The notes beneath the pieces are model-generated. The model was not told the origin of the DNA and did not search any database. It saw only the letters and a list, made by a program, of their open reading frames with translations. From NCBI GenBank assembly GCA_030740155.1, contig JASLXV010000077.1, positions 1-62,894 of the forward strand: a stretch of 62,894 nt of DNA. Reading direction: 5' to 3'. The DNA is from Dehalococcoidia bacterium (GTDB taxonomy: Bacteria; Chloroflexota; Dehalococcoidia; Lucifugimonadales; UBA3495). Shown piece after piece: positions 19,287 to 29,578 of this stretch. The position numbers were made by a program, and so were the translations under genes. The stretch's first letter is position 1, and every line of letters starts with the position of its first letter.

Positions 19287-21188
19287 GTGGCCGTCGAGAA
19301 CAGCGAAGCCAAGGGAAGATGGCCCCTCAACATGCACCGGCTGAGGTGGCTGGCCATCGTGCTGCCGGTGGTGTTTCTTTCATCCCTGGATGTATTGAGG
19401 CACACCGCCTTATCCGGACCTCTCCACACCGTTCCTGGATTCATCGCCATCAACTCGGCCATGGTCGTTGGCGTGATCGTCTTCTCCTACAGTATGTTCG
19501 GTCTGGTTGGCAGGCTGCAGCGGAAGGTATTGGAGCAGAACCGCCAACTCCAGGGGCTGAACAGCATCGCCAAAGCCGCGGCAGCTAAACCAGGCCTGGT
19601 GGAATTGCTCGGTGCCAGCTTGGACGACATCCTCTCAACCATGAAGGCAGACGCCGGGCTGGTCTGCATCGTGGACCTTGACGAAGAGGTGCATTCCGCG
19701 GTCTGTCACCGGGGGTTTTCACCCGAATTGGTGGCTGGCATCCAGAATACCAAGCTTCAGGACGATCCCATCGCCGCTGAGGTTGTCAGGACCGGCCAGA
19801 TTGTGGTCATGGAACGACTCTTCGACGACCCCAGGGTCGCGGAGTTGGCCAAGCGGGAAGGGGTCAGGTCGGGTCTCAGCGCTCCGTTGAACTTCGAGGG
19901 CGAGGTCACTGGAATTCTGGTGGTTGCCACTCGGGAGGAGCGCAGATTCACGCCTGACGACCAGGAGTTCCTTCATGGCATCGGGGGTCAGTTGGGGATG
20001 GCCATCCGCAATGCCACTTTGGATGAGGAAGCCCAGCTTCGGAATCGGGAGCTTGGGGCGCTTCTCGAAGTCGGTAAGGCGGTAGCTTCTTCACTCGACC
20101 TGGACGAGCTTCTCAACAGGTCTCTGGATACGATCATCGAGGTGACATCGGCGGAGGAGGCCGAGATCTGGCTTATGGGCCCTGAAGACAAGTTGACCAT
20201 GGGTTGCCACCGGGGGCCGCGCCAGGAGGCCTTCCTTGAACGGACCGAGCTTGAACTGGGCGAAGGGATACCCGGGATCGTGGCGAAAGACCTGGAGCCC
20301 GTTGTGGTACACGACCTCGCCTCTGATCCCAGGTTCTTGAGACAACGGGTGGTCAACGAAGGATTCAACACGTTCTGTGCGCTTCCGTTACTCCATCAGG
20401 CAAAGCTGGTGGGTGTTCTCACGGTAGCCGCCTTCTCGGCAGATGCCTTGAAAAGGCCCAGGGAGATACACCTGCTTGAAGGCATCGGAGAACGTCTGGC
20501 CGTTGCCGTCGAAAATGCCCGGCTCTACCGGCAGGTCCAGGACCTGGCCGTCTTGCAAGAGCGGGAGCGCATCGCCCGGGAGATGCATGACGGGATGGCC
20601 CAACTGTTGGGCTACATCAATACCCAGACCATCGCGGTCAGAAAATTCCTTTCCGACGGCCGGGTCGAGGAAGCGCGCGAGGAACTCACCAAGATGGAGG
20701 ACACGGCCCGGGACCTGTATGCGGACGTTCGAGAGGGGATTCTGGGGTTGAGATTGGCCTCTATGCGGCACGAGGGGCTGCTTCCGGCGCTGCGTGAGTA
20801 CACCGAGCGCTATATGGAGATGTCCGGTATTCCCGTTGAGATAAATGTTCCCACCGGAGCCGAGAAATCAAAGCTGCCCCCTTCGGTCGAGATTCAGCTT
20901 ATGAGGGTGGTGCAAGAGGCGTTGACCAACGTCAGAAAGCATTCGAAGGCCACCACGGTACGGGTGAAGTTTGAACCCAACGGCAACAACGAACTCCGCG
21001 TGACCATAGCCGACGACGGGCAGGGGTTCGAGCTGGCCCGGCCTCGATTGACGGGGTGGCCGCGGTTCGGCCTCCAGACGATGCGGGAACGTGCGGAAGC
21101 CGTGGGTGGCGCCCTAAAGATCGATACAGCCATCGGCAAAGGGACGAGGGTGGAGATCCGCGTTCCGCTGCCCCAGCCTAACAACTAG
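19287..21188 (+). CDS. Membrane sensor histidine kinase, two TM helices + two GAF + HisKA_3/HATPase
   Basis: ERERIAREMHDGMAQ, QEALTNVRKHS, DDGQGF, FGLQTMRERA. Confidence 0.93.
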   Translation: MAVENSEAKGRWPLNMHRLRWLAIVLPVVFLSSLDVLRHTALSGPLHTVPGFIAINSAMVVGVIVFSYSMFGLVGRLQRKVLEQNRQLQGLNSIAKAAAAKPGLVELLGASLDDILSTMKADAGLVCIVDLDEEVHSAVCHRGFSPELVAGIQNTKLQDDPIAAEVVRTGQIVVMERLFDDPRVAELAKREGVRSGLSAPLNFEGEVTGILVVATREERRFTPDDQEFLHGIGGQLGMAIRNATLDEEAQLRNRELGALLEVGKAVASSLDLDELLNRSLDTIIEVTSAEEAEIWLMGPEDKLTMGCHRGPRQEAFLERTELELGEGIPGIVAKDLEPVVVHDLASDPRFLRQRVVNEGFNTFCALPLLHQAKLVGVLTVAAFSADALKRPREIHLLEGIGERLAVAVENARLYRQVQDLAVLQERERIAREMHDGMAQLLGYINTQTIAVRKFLSDGRVEEAREELTKMEDTARDLYADVREGILGLRLASMRHEGLLPALREYTERYMEMSGIPVEINVPTGAEKSKLPPSVEIQLMRVVQEALTNVRKHSKATTVRVKFEPNGNNELRVTIADDGQGFELARPRLTGWPRFGLQTMRERAEAVGGALKIDTAIGKGTRVEIRVPLPQPNN

Positions 21189-21197
21189 GCTTTCAAA

Positions 21198-21860
21198 ATG
21201 ATGAAGGTCCTATTGGTGGATGACCACGCGCTGTTTCGAGCCGGCCTGACCAGTCTCCTCGCCGCCTGGGGCGTTGACGTCGTTGGTCAAGCGGGAGACG
21301 GGCAGGAGGCCATTGCCCGGACCCGCGAACTCCGGCCGGACCTCATCTTCATGGACATTAACATGCCCACTCTGGGCGGCCTTGAAGCCACGCGAGCCAT
21401 CAAATCCGAGTCCCCAGGCGTGAAAGTGATCATGCTTACGGTCTCGGATGACGATCAGGACCTGTTTGAAGCCATCAAAAGCGGAGCCGACGGCTACCTG
21501 CTGAAGAACCTTCGGGAGGACGAGTTCGCCGACCTGCTGGAACGGGTCAAGAGGGGCGAGCCGATTATGTCTCCGGGCCTGGCAAGAAGGCTTCTTCAAG
21601 AGTTCGCCCGGCTCAAGGATGAGCCGCCCAGCCTGGACCCGGGGCAGTCGGGCTTGACTCCCCGGGAGCGGGAGGTCCTAGAGCAGCTGACGCTGGGGGC
21701 CACCAACAAAGAGATATCGGCCGTCCTCTTCATCTCCGAGAACACGGTCAGCTACCACATGAAGAACATCATAAGCAAGCTGCATTTGAGGAACCGCTCC
21801 CAGGTTGTTGCCTGGGCCGTCTCCCACGGGTATGCTTCTGAGTCCACCAGCCAGAGCTAG
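21198..21860 (+). CDS. NarL/LuxR-family response regulator
   Basis: VLLVDDH, MDINMP, GYLLK, LTPREREVL...TVSYHMKNIISKL. Confidence 0.95.
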   Translation: MMKVLLVDDHALFRAGLTSLLAAWGVDVVGQAGDGQEAIARTRELRPDLIFMDINMPTLGGLEATRAIKSESPGVKVIMLTVSDDDQDLFEAIKSGADGYLLKNLREDEFADLLERVKRGEPIMSPGLARRLLQEFARLKDEPPSLDPGQSGLTPREREVLEQLTLGATNKEISAVLFISENTVSYHMKNIISKLHLRNRSQVVAWAVSHGYASESTSQS

Positions 21861-21896
21861 CGTCGGATTGAATCGTTAGTTTACCGGCGAAGGCGG

Positions 21897-22112
21897 CCCT
21901 GCCTGTTCCAGTTGACGGCCTGCTTCATCCCCGCGATGGCCAGAACCCTCCCGTTGCTGTTCAAAATGGAGAAGATCATGCCGTGGATGGGGCTGGCCAG
22001 CGCGACGGTGATCGCCGGTTACGCGGTCCTGCTCATCAGCGGCAACTTCATGGCCGTCAGCGGCTGGTTCTACCGGCTCATGGGCATCACTCCCGCGATT
22101 CTAGGTTCCTGA
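21897..22112 (+). pseudogene. Probable internally deleted CcdA/DsbD-like membrane protein remnant
   Basis: Reads PCLFQLTACFIPAM (resembles the CcdA N-terminal PC motif) joined to a hydrophobic C-terminal helix MEKIMPWMGLASATVIAGYAVLLISGNF; no good start or RBS. Confidence 0.4.
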
Positions 22113-22205
22113 TACCCGGCCCGAGCATGCTTGACCCAAGTGCTCGCTGCTACGGAGGTGGAAAGGGGCCCTTCCCACCTCCGGGGGCCGGGGCCGCCGG
22201 TAGGC

Positions 22206-23234
22206 CTAGTCCCACAAGAAGACCGCCTTGCCGGTCTTTCCGGTGTCGAAAAGCTGGTAGGCCTCGGCCGCCTGGTCGAGGGTGTACCGGTGGGTTATCA
22301 GGTCCAGCAGCGGGAGCCGCCGCTCCACCACGAAGTTGGCGACCTCCGCCAACCCGCTGAGGCTGAAGGTCCAGGAGCCGAGTATGGTGAGCTGCTTGTG
22401 AATGATCTGGGGGCTGACGTCGAAAGTGGTGGTGTTGCCCTCTCCCACGAAGCAAACCCTTCCCCACAGCATGGCGCTGTCCACGGCGTTGATACGCGCC
22501 GCCGGGAGGCCGGTGGCGTCGAGGGTGGCATCCGCGCCTTCACCGTGGGTCAGCTCTCTGATGGCTGCCACGGAATCTTGCCTGGAGGCGTCGATGACCA
22601 CGTCGGCGCCGAGCTTCTTCGCCATTTCTAACCGCTCCGGGATCATGTCTACGGCAATGACCCTGGCGCCCATGGCGACGGCGATCATGGTGGCGCTGGC
22701 GCCGACGGGCCCCTGGCCGAATATGGCGATGGTATCCGTGCCCGAGATTCCCAACCGCTTGATTGCAAAGAACGCCGTGCCGGTGCCGCAGGCGCAGGCC
22801 GCGCCCTCCGCAAAGCTCAGGGCATCGGGCATGGGGACAAAGGTGTAGGCGGGAGCCCCCAGGAAGTCTTCATGTCCGCCGTTCTGGGCCCTTCCGTAGG
22901 TCTGTGAGCCGTTGAGGCACATTTGAGTATAGCCAATGCGGCACATGCGGCAAGTCCGGCATCCGGTGTAATGATGCATCATCACCCGGTCGCCCACCTT
23001 GAGGGTGGTCACGCCCTCGCCAACCTCGGCGATCACCCCACAGGGCTCATGGCCGTTCACTTTGAGTTGCGCCGGGTCTCCCTTCTCCTCTTTGCTGAGG
23101 CGGTAGGGTCGCAGGTCGCTGCCACACAACCCAGAAGCCTTCATGGCGATGACCGCCTCACCGGGGCCGGGCGCCGGGTACGGCAGCTCTCTGATCTCCA
23201 ACTCGCGGTCTCCGAGGAAAACTACGCCTCTCAT
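22206..23234 (-). CDS. Zinc-dependent alcohol dehydrogenase (MDR family)
   Basis: GLCGSD, GHE, structural Zn CxxCxxC...C, GQGPVG. Confidence 0.93.
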   Translation of the reverse strand: MRGVVFLGDRELEIRELPYPAPGPGEAVIAMKASGLCGSDLRPYRLSKEEKGDPAQLKVNGHEPCGVIAEVGEGVTTLKVGDRVMMHHYTGCRTCRMCRIGYTQMCLNGSQTYGRAQNGGHEDFLGAPAYTFVPMPDALSFAEGAACACGTGTAFFAIKRLGISGTDTIAIFGQGPVGASATMIAVAMGARVIAVDMIPERLEMAKKLGADVVIDASRQDSVAAIRELTHGEGADATLDATGLPAARINAVDSAMLWGRVCFVGEGNTTTFDVSPQIIHKQLTILGSWTFSLSGLAEVANFVVERRLPLLDLITHRYTLDQAAEAYQLFDTGKTGKAVFLWD

Positions 23235-23448
23235 GGCAACCCCCTCCGGTCCGATCAATGTTTGGGGCCTGGGCCGGCCCCCGTCTCAGCAGTGGCCGGG
23301 ATAAAAGCCCCAAGTCAGGCCCCCAGGTCAGGCTCATTGTAAGCACGGGTCAAGTCCACGGCAAGCCCTCGGGCCGGCCGCGGCCCTCGATGGTGCTTGG
23401 CAGGATGCGCCGGAGGCGGCTGGGACCCGCTGATGGGAGCCAGCGGTC

Positions 23449-23476
23449 TTGACTTGAGCCGTGCCGGTGCTACACT
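23449..23476 (+). promoter_or_regulatory. sigma70-like promoter for the second MaoC pair
   Basis: TTGACT-16 nt-TACACT with a TG extension. Confidence 0.45.
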
Positions 23477-23661
23477 CACTCGGAAGGAGTGGGCCGGGTT
23501 CATTCAGGCATGATTGTTGACACAACAACCCGCCCTCAAGAGTCTGGCACGTCTGTCCCACGTAGGTCCACTTTGTTGCGCGGCGCCGGGCTGACAGACC
23601 CCGACATGGCTGGGCAGCAAGGTTATCTCGGGAAAGGGAAACAACAGAAAGAGGAGGAGGC

Positions 23662-24225
23662 ATGGCTATCGAAAAAGTGCTGACACCGGAAGTGCTGGCC
23701 ATGATTGGAAAGGAATCTTCGACAGAGGCGGCCCCGGATGAGGTGTGCAAGAGCGAAACGCGGCGCTGGGTACAGGCCACGATGGACGACAATCCTCTGT
23801 GGTATGACAAAGAGTACGCCGACAAAACTAAGTTCGGCCCTGGCTGCGTCTCCGTACCGTACGCCCTTCGCGCCACGGGCTTCTATAAGAAGCCGATGGG
23901 CTCTCCCGACCTGGTGCGGACGAAGGGTCCGGATGATGACGTGCGGGGTGACAGGGAGGAAGAGAACGAGATTCGCATACCTTGGCCCGGAAACATGGCC
24001 CAGTTCCATGGCGGTGATGAAGTGGAGTGCTTTCAGTTGCCGCGGGCCGGCGACATCATCAGCATTAAGAGCAAGATAGTGAACATCATCGAGAAGACGG
24101 GGAGAAGCGGTAAGCTGGGCATCGTCTATATAGACCGGACCTACACCAACCAGAATGGGGATATTCTGGCCATCAACCATCACGTCGGCATCGCCCGGCA
24201 AATGAAGGGCGAGGCCTTCAACTAA
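23662..24225 (+). CDS. MaoC-like dehydratase N-terminal-type subunit (FAS1-like/HadA-like)
   Basis: MDDNPLWYD, FHGGDEVE, KTGRSGKL, YTNQNG; RBS GAGGAGG. Confidence 0.87.
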   Translation: MAIEKVLTPEVLAMIGKESSTEAAPDEVCKSETRRWVQATMDDNPLWYDKEYADKTKFGPGCVSVPYALRATGFYKKPMGSPDLVRTKGPDDDVRGDREEENEIRIPWPGNMAQFHGGDEVECFQLPRAGDIISIKSKIVNIIEKTGRSGKLGIVYIDRTYTNQNGDILAINHHVGIARQMKGEAFN

Positions 24226-24258
24226 TAGGCATCGTCTTGCAGTCAGAGGAGGGCAACA

Positions 24259-24729
24259 ATGGTCGCGACTAAAACCAATTACTACGAGGATACTGAGATA
24301 GGAACGGAGCTGCCCGAGACCAGGCTGATGATCACCGTCCCCATAATGACGCGGTGGTGCTCCGCAACCGAGACCCTGCGCCGGGACCACTACGACAGCA
24401 AGTATTCCATCGAGCATGACGGCAACCCTGAAGCGGTGGTCTCGGGTTCCTTCTCCCAGGCGTACCTTTGGGGTCTATTGTTCAACTGGACCGGTCCGGA
24501 TGGCTGGGTCTATAAGACCTACCAGAAAAACGCAGCCATGGTCCACCCCGGGCAGGCCGTCACCTTCTTCGGCCGGGTGACCAACAGGTTCGAAAAAGAC
24601 GGCCTGGGCTATGTGGAACTGGACATCGGGTTGAGGAAGGACGACGGCACCGTGCCCATTCCCGGCAACGCCACCGTGGTGTTGCCCCTCAAGGGCGGGA
24701 AGCCGGTCCCCCATCCCTTCCGGGTCTAA
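24259..24729 (+). CDS. MaoC family dehydratase subunit
   Basis: YYEDTEIGTELP, RDHYD, WTGPDG, VVLP. Confidence 0.85.
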   Translation: MVATKTNYYEDTEIGTELPETRLMITVPIMTRWCSATETLRRDHYDSKYSIEHDGNPEAVVSGSFSQAYLWGLLFNWTGPDGWVYKTYQKNAAMVHPGQAVTFFGRVTNRFEKDGLGYVELDIGLRKDDGTVPIPGNATVVLPLKGGKPVPHPFRV

Positions 24730-24777
24730 AACTCGGTCAGCCTAGTGCCAAATATCGAGAATTGCCGCTATGAACAT

Positions 24778-24863
24778 CCGTTTACCCTGGGCACGTCGAA
24801 GAACGCGGGGTAGGTGGTTCGACAAGCCTGTCTTGAGCCGGCCGAAGGGCTCACCACGAACGG
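24778..24863. repeat. REP/MITE-like palindromic element (GGTTCGACAAG...CTCACCACGAACGG type)
   Basis: Nested imperfect palindrome between convergent genes, bounded by CCGTT...AACGG. Confidence 0.55.
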
Positions 24864-25037
24864 TATTTGTAACGCCGACTGTTGAAATGACGGTCTAGTT
24901 TCGAGGACCGGTCATCGGTAAGAAAATGACGGTTTGACCCCGTCCTCCGGCGGGGGAAAGAGACAATGGCGTGTGCTGCTCAGCCTTCGATGGAGCAGCA
25001 CACGCCATTCTTCAATCCGGATTCACCGGGCGCCCGG

Positions 25038-26762
25038 CTATTCCTCGATGAGCCGGGTTATCGCCTTCTTGCCGCCCAGCACCACCATGCTCTTCTGGGA
25101 GTCGGCGCCGGCCACAATGATCTGGTAGGAATCCGGGCTCCGGTACGCCGGCACTTCCAGGTCCGGGTAGTCAGCCAGCCACCCCCACTCGTTCCTGACC
25201 TTGCTATTGTCATTGCCATACCGGAGCAGCGCGGTCCCGACGAGGCCCGGCCCCTCGCGGACCGGCATCTTCGCGAAAAGATGAAGGGCCTCCTTCACCC
25301 CCGGTTTCGCCCAGCCCTGGAGCGCCAGCATGCGGGCGTGGTTGGGACAGAGGATGATGAGGCAGTCGTGGTCGTAGTCGTCCGGCTTGAGGTCCATGGG
25401 GTTGATGTCTTTCTGGGGCCGGCCCATCCACCAGCCGGTCGCGGTAACCCCCGGGTTGCAGACGACGCTGGCCAGCCGGCGCAGGAAGGGCACGGGCTCG
25501 GTGGTGTAGTGGTCGGCGTGGGTGATGTTGACGTTGGCCACGAAGGCCGTAACCGTGCTCTGATCTTTGCGGTAGCCCCGCTCGACGTGAAGGGGTTCCC
25601 AGGGGTTCTCCTCCTCCCGCTCCGCCAGGCACATGCTGTACTTGTTGGGGTCCCCGAGGGTGTCCAGGTCGGTGATGCCCACGTAGTTGCCGCTGACGTT
25701 CATCAGGATCAGGCGCAGCGCGCGCCCGATGACGGTGTTCACCGCCGAGGGAGCACCCGGTCCAAGGCAGGCCATGCCCGAGTTCAGGCCAATGCGCTGG
25801 ACGATGGGGCCGTTGATCACCAGCATGGGCGTGTAGGGGCTGGTGGACATTGCGACGTGCCGAAGCTCGTATAGAGGATCGCTGATCGCTTCCACCGCGG
25901 CGATGAGTACCGGCAGATGCTCGGGCTTACATCCCGCCATGACCGCGTTGACCGCCAGCTTCTCCACGGTGGCGATGCCGAAGCAAGGCTCCAGGACCGC
26001 GATGGTCTCCTGGGGTGACCTCTTGGTGCCCGTGAGCATGGCTCCGACCAACTCCGGGGTGGCAGGCACCAGGGGAAAACCATCGCCCCACCCGCGCTCC
26101 AGGTAGGTGGCGTTCATCTTGGACCAGGCATCGAGCTGATCGGAGCCTTCGAAGATCTCCGTATCCGGGACCTCCAGGCCGAAGAGGGTCGTCCCCAGAT
26201 TGACCAACTCTTCGTGGGAAGCTCCCTCGGCAGCCGATGGAGAGAAGGCGGTGAGCCTATCGATTACCTGGTCCACCACGCCCTCCACCCTGCGGCCGAT
26301 CTCGTCAGGCCCCATGGTGGGCAATGCCCGTTCGGCCACGATGACGTAGGGCAGACCCGGCACGCCGAAAACCTTGGCGCTGGTCTGAAAATCGTGCTCG
26401 AAGGTCTTGGAAATGAAGCCAACCGTCGCGACGCCGCTTTGCTCCATCTCCCCCAGGTCATGGGCAAGCCATGACGCACAGGAGCCTCAATCTCCCGTTG
26501 AACCCACCACCAGGTTGAAGCCCTTGCCGGCTTCGACCATCTCCTTGGGGCCGGGGATAGCGGAGTGGATCATCTCCACCTGCACATCGGTGAACCGCCG
26601 CTGCAGTTGCTCGCCGATGGCCCTCAGGGCGATGTCGCCTCCGCCCTTGCCGTTCCAATAGAGCCCGACCCTTTTGGCGTTCAGGTCCGGCAGGCGGTCT
26701 GCCAGCTGCCTTTTCGTTACAACCGTGTTGGCCACGGGGTTTAGCACGTTAAGCTTGGCCAT
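25038..26762 (-). CDS. UGSC-family selenoprotein fused to its usual partner domain (574 aa; Sec at UGA 26487-26489)
   Basis: ORF-track pieces 26487-26783 and 25038-26447 are in frame across one TGA, reading VVGSTGD-U-GSCASWLAHDLGEMEQSGVATV. A 7-bp hairpin starts 11 nt after the UGA. RBS GAGGAGG before ATG 26762. Confidence 0.88.
26457..26475 (-). promoter_or_regulatory. Bacterial SECIS-like hairpin
   Basis: mRNA UGA-GGCUCCUGUGC-GUCAUGG(CUUGC)CCAUGAC: perfect 7-bp stem with a G-containing loop at the canonical 11-nt spacing. Confidence 0.75.
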
Positions 26763-26998
26763 GATTACATCCTCCTCAATCATCTTCGCCGTGGGGTCCG
26801 TGTCGTTCCGCGGGTCCTCTTCGGAGAAGCCCGCGGGCGAAGTTATCTTAAAGGGGTCCGGGGTCGGGCGCTGAGCGGCCTCCTTTGTTTGCCCACCTGA
26901 ACCTTCCTAACTCCACAACTGAATATCGGCAGTTTCTTGGCCCCCATTATTCACCAATAACCATGTACATATAGGTTGCTCAAAAACATCCCTGAAAG

Positions 26999-28192
26999 TC
27001 ATATGGAACCGTCTGTATCGTGCTCCGAGACGGCTGGCGTGAAGGGGTGCATGGATGCGAGAAGTGCACTGCCAAGAGCAATAATCGATACTACCACTAA
27101 CGACAGTCTTAGGTCAGTCTCCCCGGCCACTCCTGCGAGCAACGCTCCCAAAGCACCGACCACCTCGCCAGTCCCCATGATCAGGCCGATCATTACCATT
27201 TGTCGTCCACCTACGATGCTTAGGACCGTCGCGATTAGGGCAGGTAGCAAGCCCATGATAACAAACCCAGCCAGCATCAGCGCACTGATCATGATAGGCA
27301 CGGTGGGAGCCCACAGTATTAGAAGAGGCGAGGTTGCGCCAACCAACAGGGCTGACACGGTCAGTATCTTACGGCCGCGTTTGTCCAACAGACGGCCAAG
27401 GAGTACCGCGCCCAGGCTCCCAGCCAAGACCATGACGGAGAATAACGTGCCCGCCACGCTGGACGAGAGTTCACGTTCTTCCACCAGGTAGAGCGGCATC
27501 ATACTCCACAAGCCCACCATCGCCATACTGTGAAGTCCCAGGATCCCCAGGCCGGCCAAGCTGGTTGGCTTCCAGACTAACCTGGCTTGGCCTTTTAGGT
27601 CTTGCAGAGTCACGGATCCCATTGTTGGCGGGCGGATGCTCCTGTGCAGCCGCAGGAAAAGCACCCCCATGATCAGAGCCGGCACCACCGTAACTTGAAT
27701 CACGCTGCGCCAGTCCATGAAGACAAGAAGGACACCAGCCACAATCGGCGCCAGAACCTCCGTAAAGGACCCGCCGACGTAGTGCACTGCTAAAGCCATG
27801 GCGCGCCGTCCCGGCATACGTTCCGTTAGAGTGCCCATCGCTACCGGATGCCACGCCGCAGCTCCGGATGACGCCAGAGCAACGAAAACCAAGAGCGCTA
27901 AATAGCTAGGTGCGAGGGACGCCGCTAAATATGCCCCAGCCACCCACCAGAATGTGCTGAGTAGAAAGATTCCGCGGAACCGAGTCTCCCCCACCAAACT
28001 GGCGGGGATGTGAGTCATCCCTGCGGAGACGGCCATGACGGTGAAGATGAGCCCCACCTGGGTTGAAGTAAGGCCCCAGCTAGCAGCGATGAACGGTGCA
28101 ATGATCCAGAGCGCGGCGGTCCCCGCGTCCACTGCTCCGTGACCCGCCGGAAGACCTATCAAATACAAGGCGCGTTCTCTTGTGTTGTTCAC
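26999..28192 (-). CDS. MFS transporter
   Basis: About 12 hydrophobic segments; GHGAVD, AWHP, and GRLLDKRGRK loop motif. Confidence 0.9.
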   Translation of the reverse strand: MNNTRERALYLIGLPAGHGAVDAGTAALWIIAPFIAASWGLTSTQVGLIFTVMAVSAGMTHIPASLVGETRFRGIFLLSTFWWVAGAYLAASLAPSYLALLVFVALASSGAAAWHPVAMGTLTERMPGRRAMALAVHYVGGSFTEVLAPIVAGVLLVFMDWRSVIQVTVVPALIMGVLFLRLHRSIRPPTMGSVTLQDLKGQARLVWKPTSLAGLGILGLHSMAMVGLWSMMPLYLVEERELSSSVAGTLFSVMVLAGSLGAVLLGRLLDKRGRKILTVSALLVGATSPLLILWAPTVPIMISALMLAGFVIMGLLPALIATVLSIVGGRQMVMIGLIMGTGEVVGALGALLAGVAGETDLRLSLVVVSIIALGSALLASMHPFTPAVSEHDTDGSI

Positions 28193-28320
28193 AAATCCAA
28201 TCTTAAGTCTTCACCTACGATTCCGGGCTGACGGAAGACGTGAACGCACCTCTCATAAACTGACATTTTCCCTGACCAGTTAGCTACTGACCGAATCGCT
28301 GAATAACGACACTCCGGGCC

Positions 28321-29538
28321 TCAGATGACACCATCGTTCTTGAGCGCGGCAAGCTCGGCCGGGGACATTCCCAAGAGGCCCTGATACACCTCTTCGTTGT
28401 GCTCGCCCAGCCCCAGTCTGAACTTCTTGACGCGTCCCGGTGTTTCGGAAAGGTGGGGCTGGAGGCCCGGCATGTACATGGTGGGGCCGCCGGCGACCTC
28501 CACGGGCAATATGGAACCTCGCTCGTGGAAGTGGGGCTCCTCGTAGATTTCCTTGGCGCTATTGACCACGTCCGAGGGAATTCCCAACTCCTGGAGGACG
28601 GCCACCACCTCGTGTCCCGTGCGGTCTCCGATCCATTGGGTAATCATCTCGTCAATTTCCGGGCCGTGTTCAATCCGGTCTTTCACGTTCTTGTAACTGG
28701 GATTGTCCACCATGTCCAGGCGGCCGATTCTCTCGGCCCAGCGGGCGAAATGGCGGTCGTCTCCCGAGTCCACGGCCACGTACTTCCCGTCGCCCGCAAG
28801 GAAGATGCCGACCGCCGGCTGGCCCGAGTCGGTGTTTCCCCGGCGATTCCGGATCAGGCCGTGGGCCGCGTAGGCCGGCACCAGGGAGCCGGTGATGCGG
28901 AATAGGGATTCGTACAGGGCGGTATCGACGACCTGGCCCTTGCCGGTGCGTTCCCGCACCCGCAGCGCCATCATGATGCCGTAGAGGGTGAAGAGGGCGC
29001 CCAGGTGGTCCCCGTAGGCCGCGGCCAGGCGCAGGGGAGGGCCCTCGGGAAACCCGTTGATGTACACGTGCCCGGCGTACGCGGCGGTGGTGGTAGCCTC
29101 TCCCACCCGGTTGCCGTGGGGCCCGGTCTGCCCGTAGGCGCTGATCCTGGCGATGATGAGGCATGGGTTCACCTTGGAAAGGCTCTCGTAACCCAGGTCC
29201 CATTTCTCCAGGGTGCCGGGGCGGAAGTTCTCGAGGAGCACGTCTGAAAGGCCCACCAGGCGTTTCAGCAGTCCCTGGCCCGCCGGGCTGTGCAGGTCCA
29301 GGGTAACGCTTCGCTTGTTGCGGTTATCCACGGCGAAGTCGGGATTGAGCCCGTTGATGTGCTCGCTGGGCCTGGTGCGTCGGCGCAGGTCCCCTCCGTC
29401 GGGTATCTCCACCTTGATCACGTCGGCCCCGAAGTCAGCCAGGTGGGTGCCGCACACGGGCGCCGCCAGCCGCCGGCCCAGGTCCACCACGCGAATCCCG
29501 CTGAGGGGCAGCTGGGGGTCGTCCTCTCGAGCGGCCAT
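28321..29538 (-). CDS. Class III CoA-transferase (CaiB/BaiF)
   Basis: GADVIKVE, RNKRS, ENFRPGTLEKW, catalytic Asp in YGDH. Confidence 0.92.
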   Translation of the reverse strand: MAAREDDPQLPLSGIRVVDLGRRLAAPVCGTHLADFGADVIKVEIPDGGDLRRRTRPSEHINGLNPDFAVDNRNKRSVTLDLHSPAGQGLLKRLVGLSDVLLENFRPGTLEKWDLGYESLSKVNPCLIIARISAYGQTGPHGNRVGEATTTAAYAGHVYINGFPEGPPLRLAAAYGDHLGALFTLYGIMMALRVRERTGKGQVVDTALYESLFRITGSLVPAYAAHGLIRNRRGNTDSGQPAVGIFLAGDGKYVAVDSGDDRHFARWAERIGRLDMVDNPSYKNVKDRIEHGPEIDEMITQWIGDRTGHEVVAVLQELGIPSDVVNSAKEIYEEPHFHERGSILPVEVAGGPTMYMPGLQPHLSETPGRVKKFRLGLGEHNEEVYQGLLGMSPAELAALKNDGVI

Positions 29539-29578
29539 TTTCACCTCCGATTGAGTAGTGCCTTGGGACTTGTCCCGG

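Noticed and set aside
26487..26783. 98-aa ORF and 469-aa ORF as two separate genes
   Set aside because: In frame across a UGA with a UGSC motif and SECIS-like hairpin; treated as one selenoprotein.
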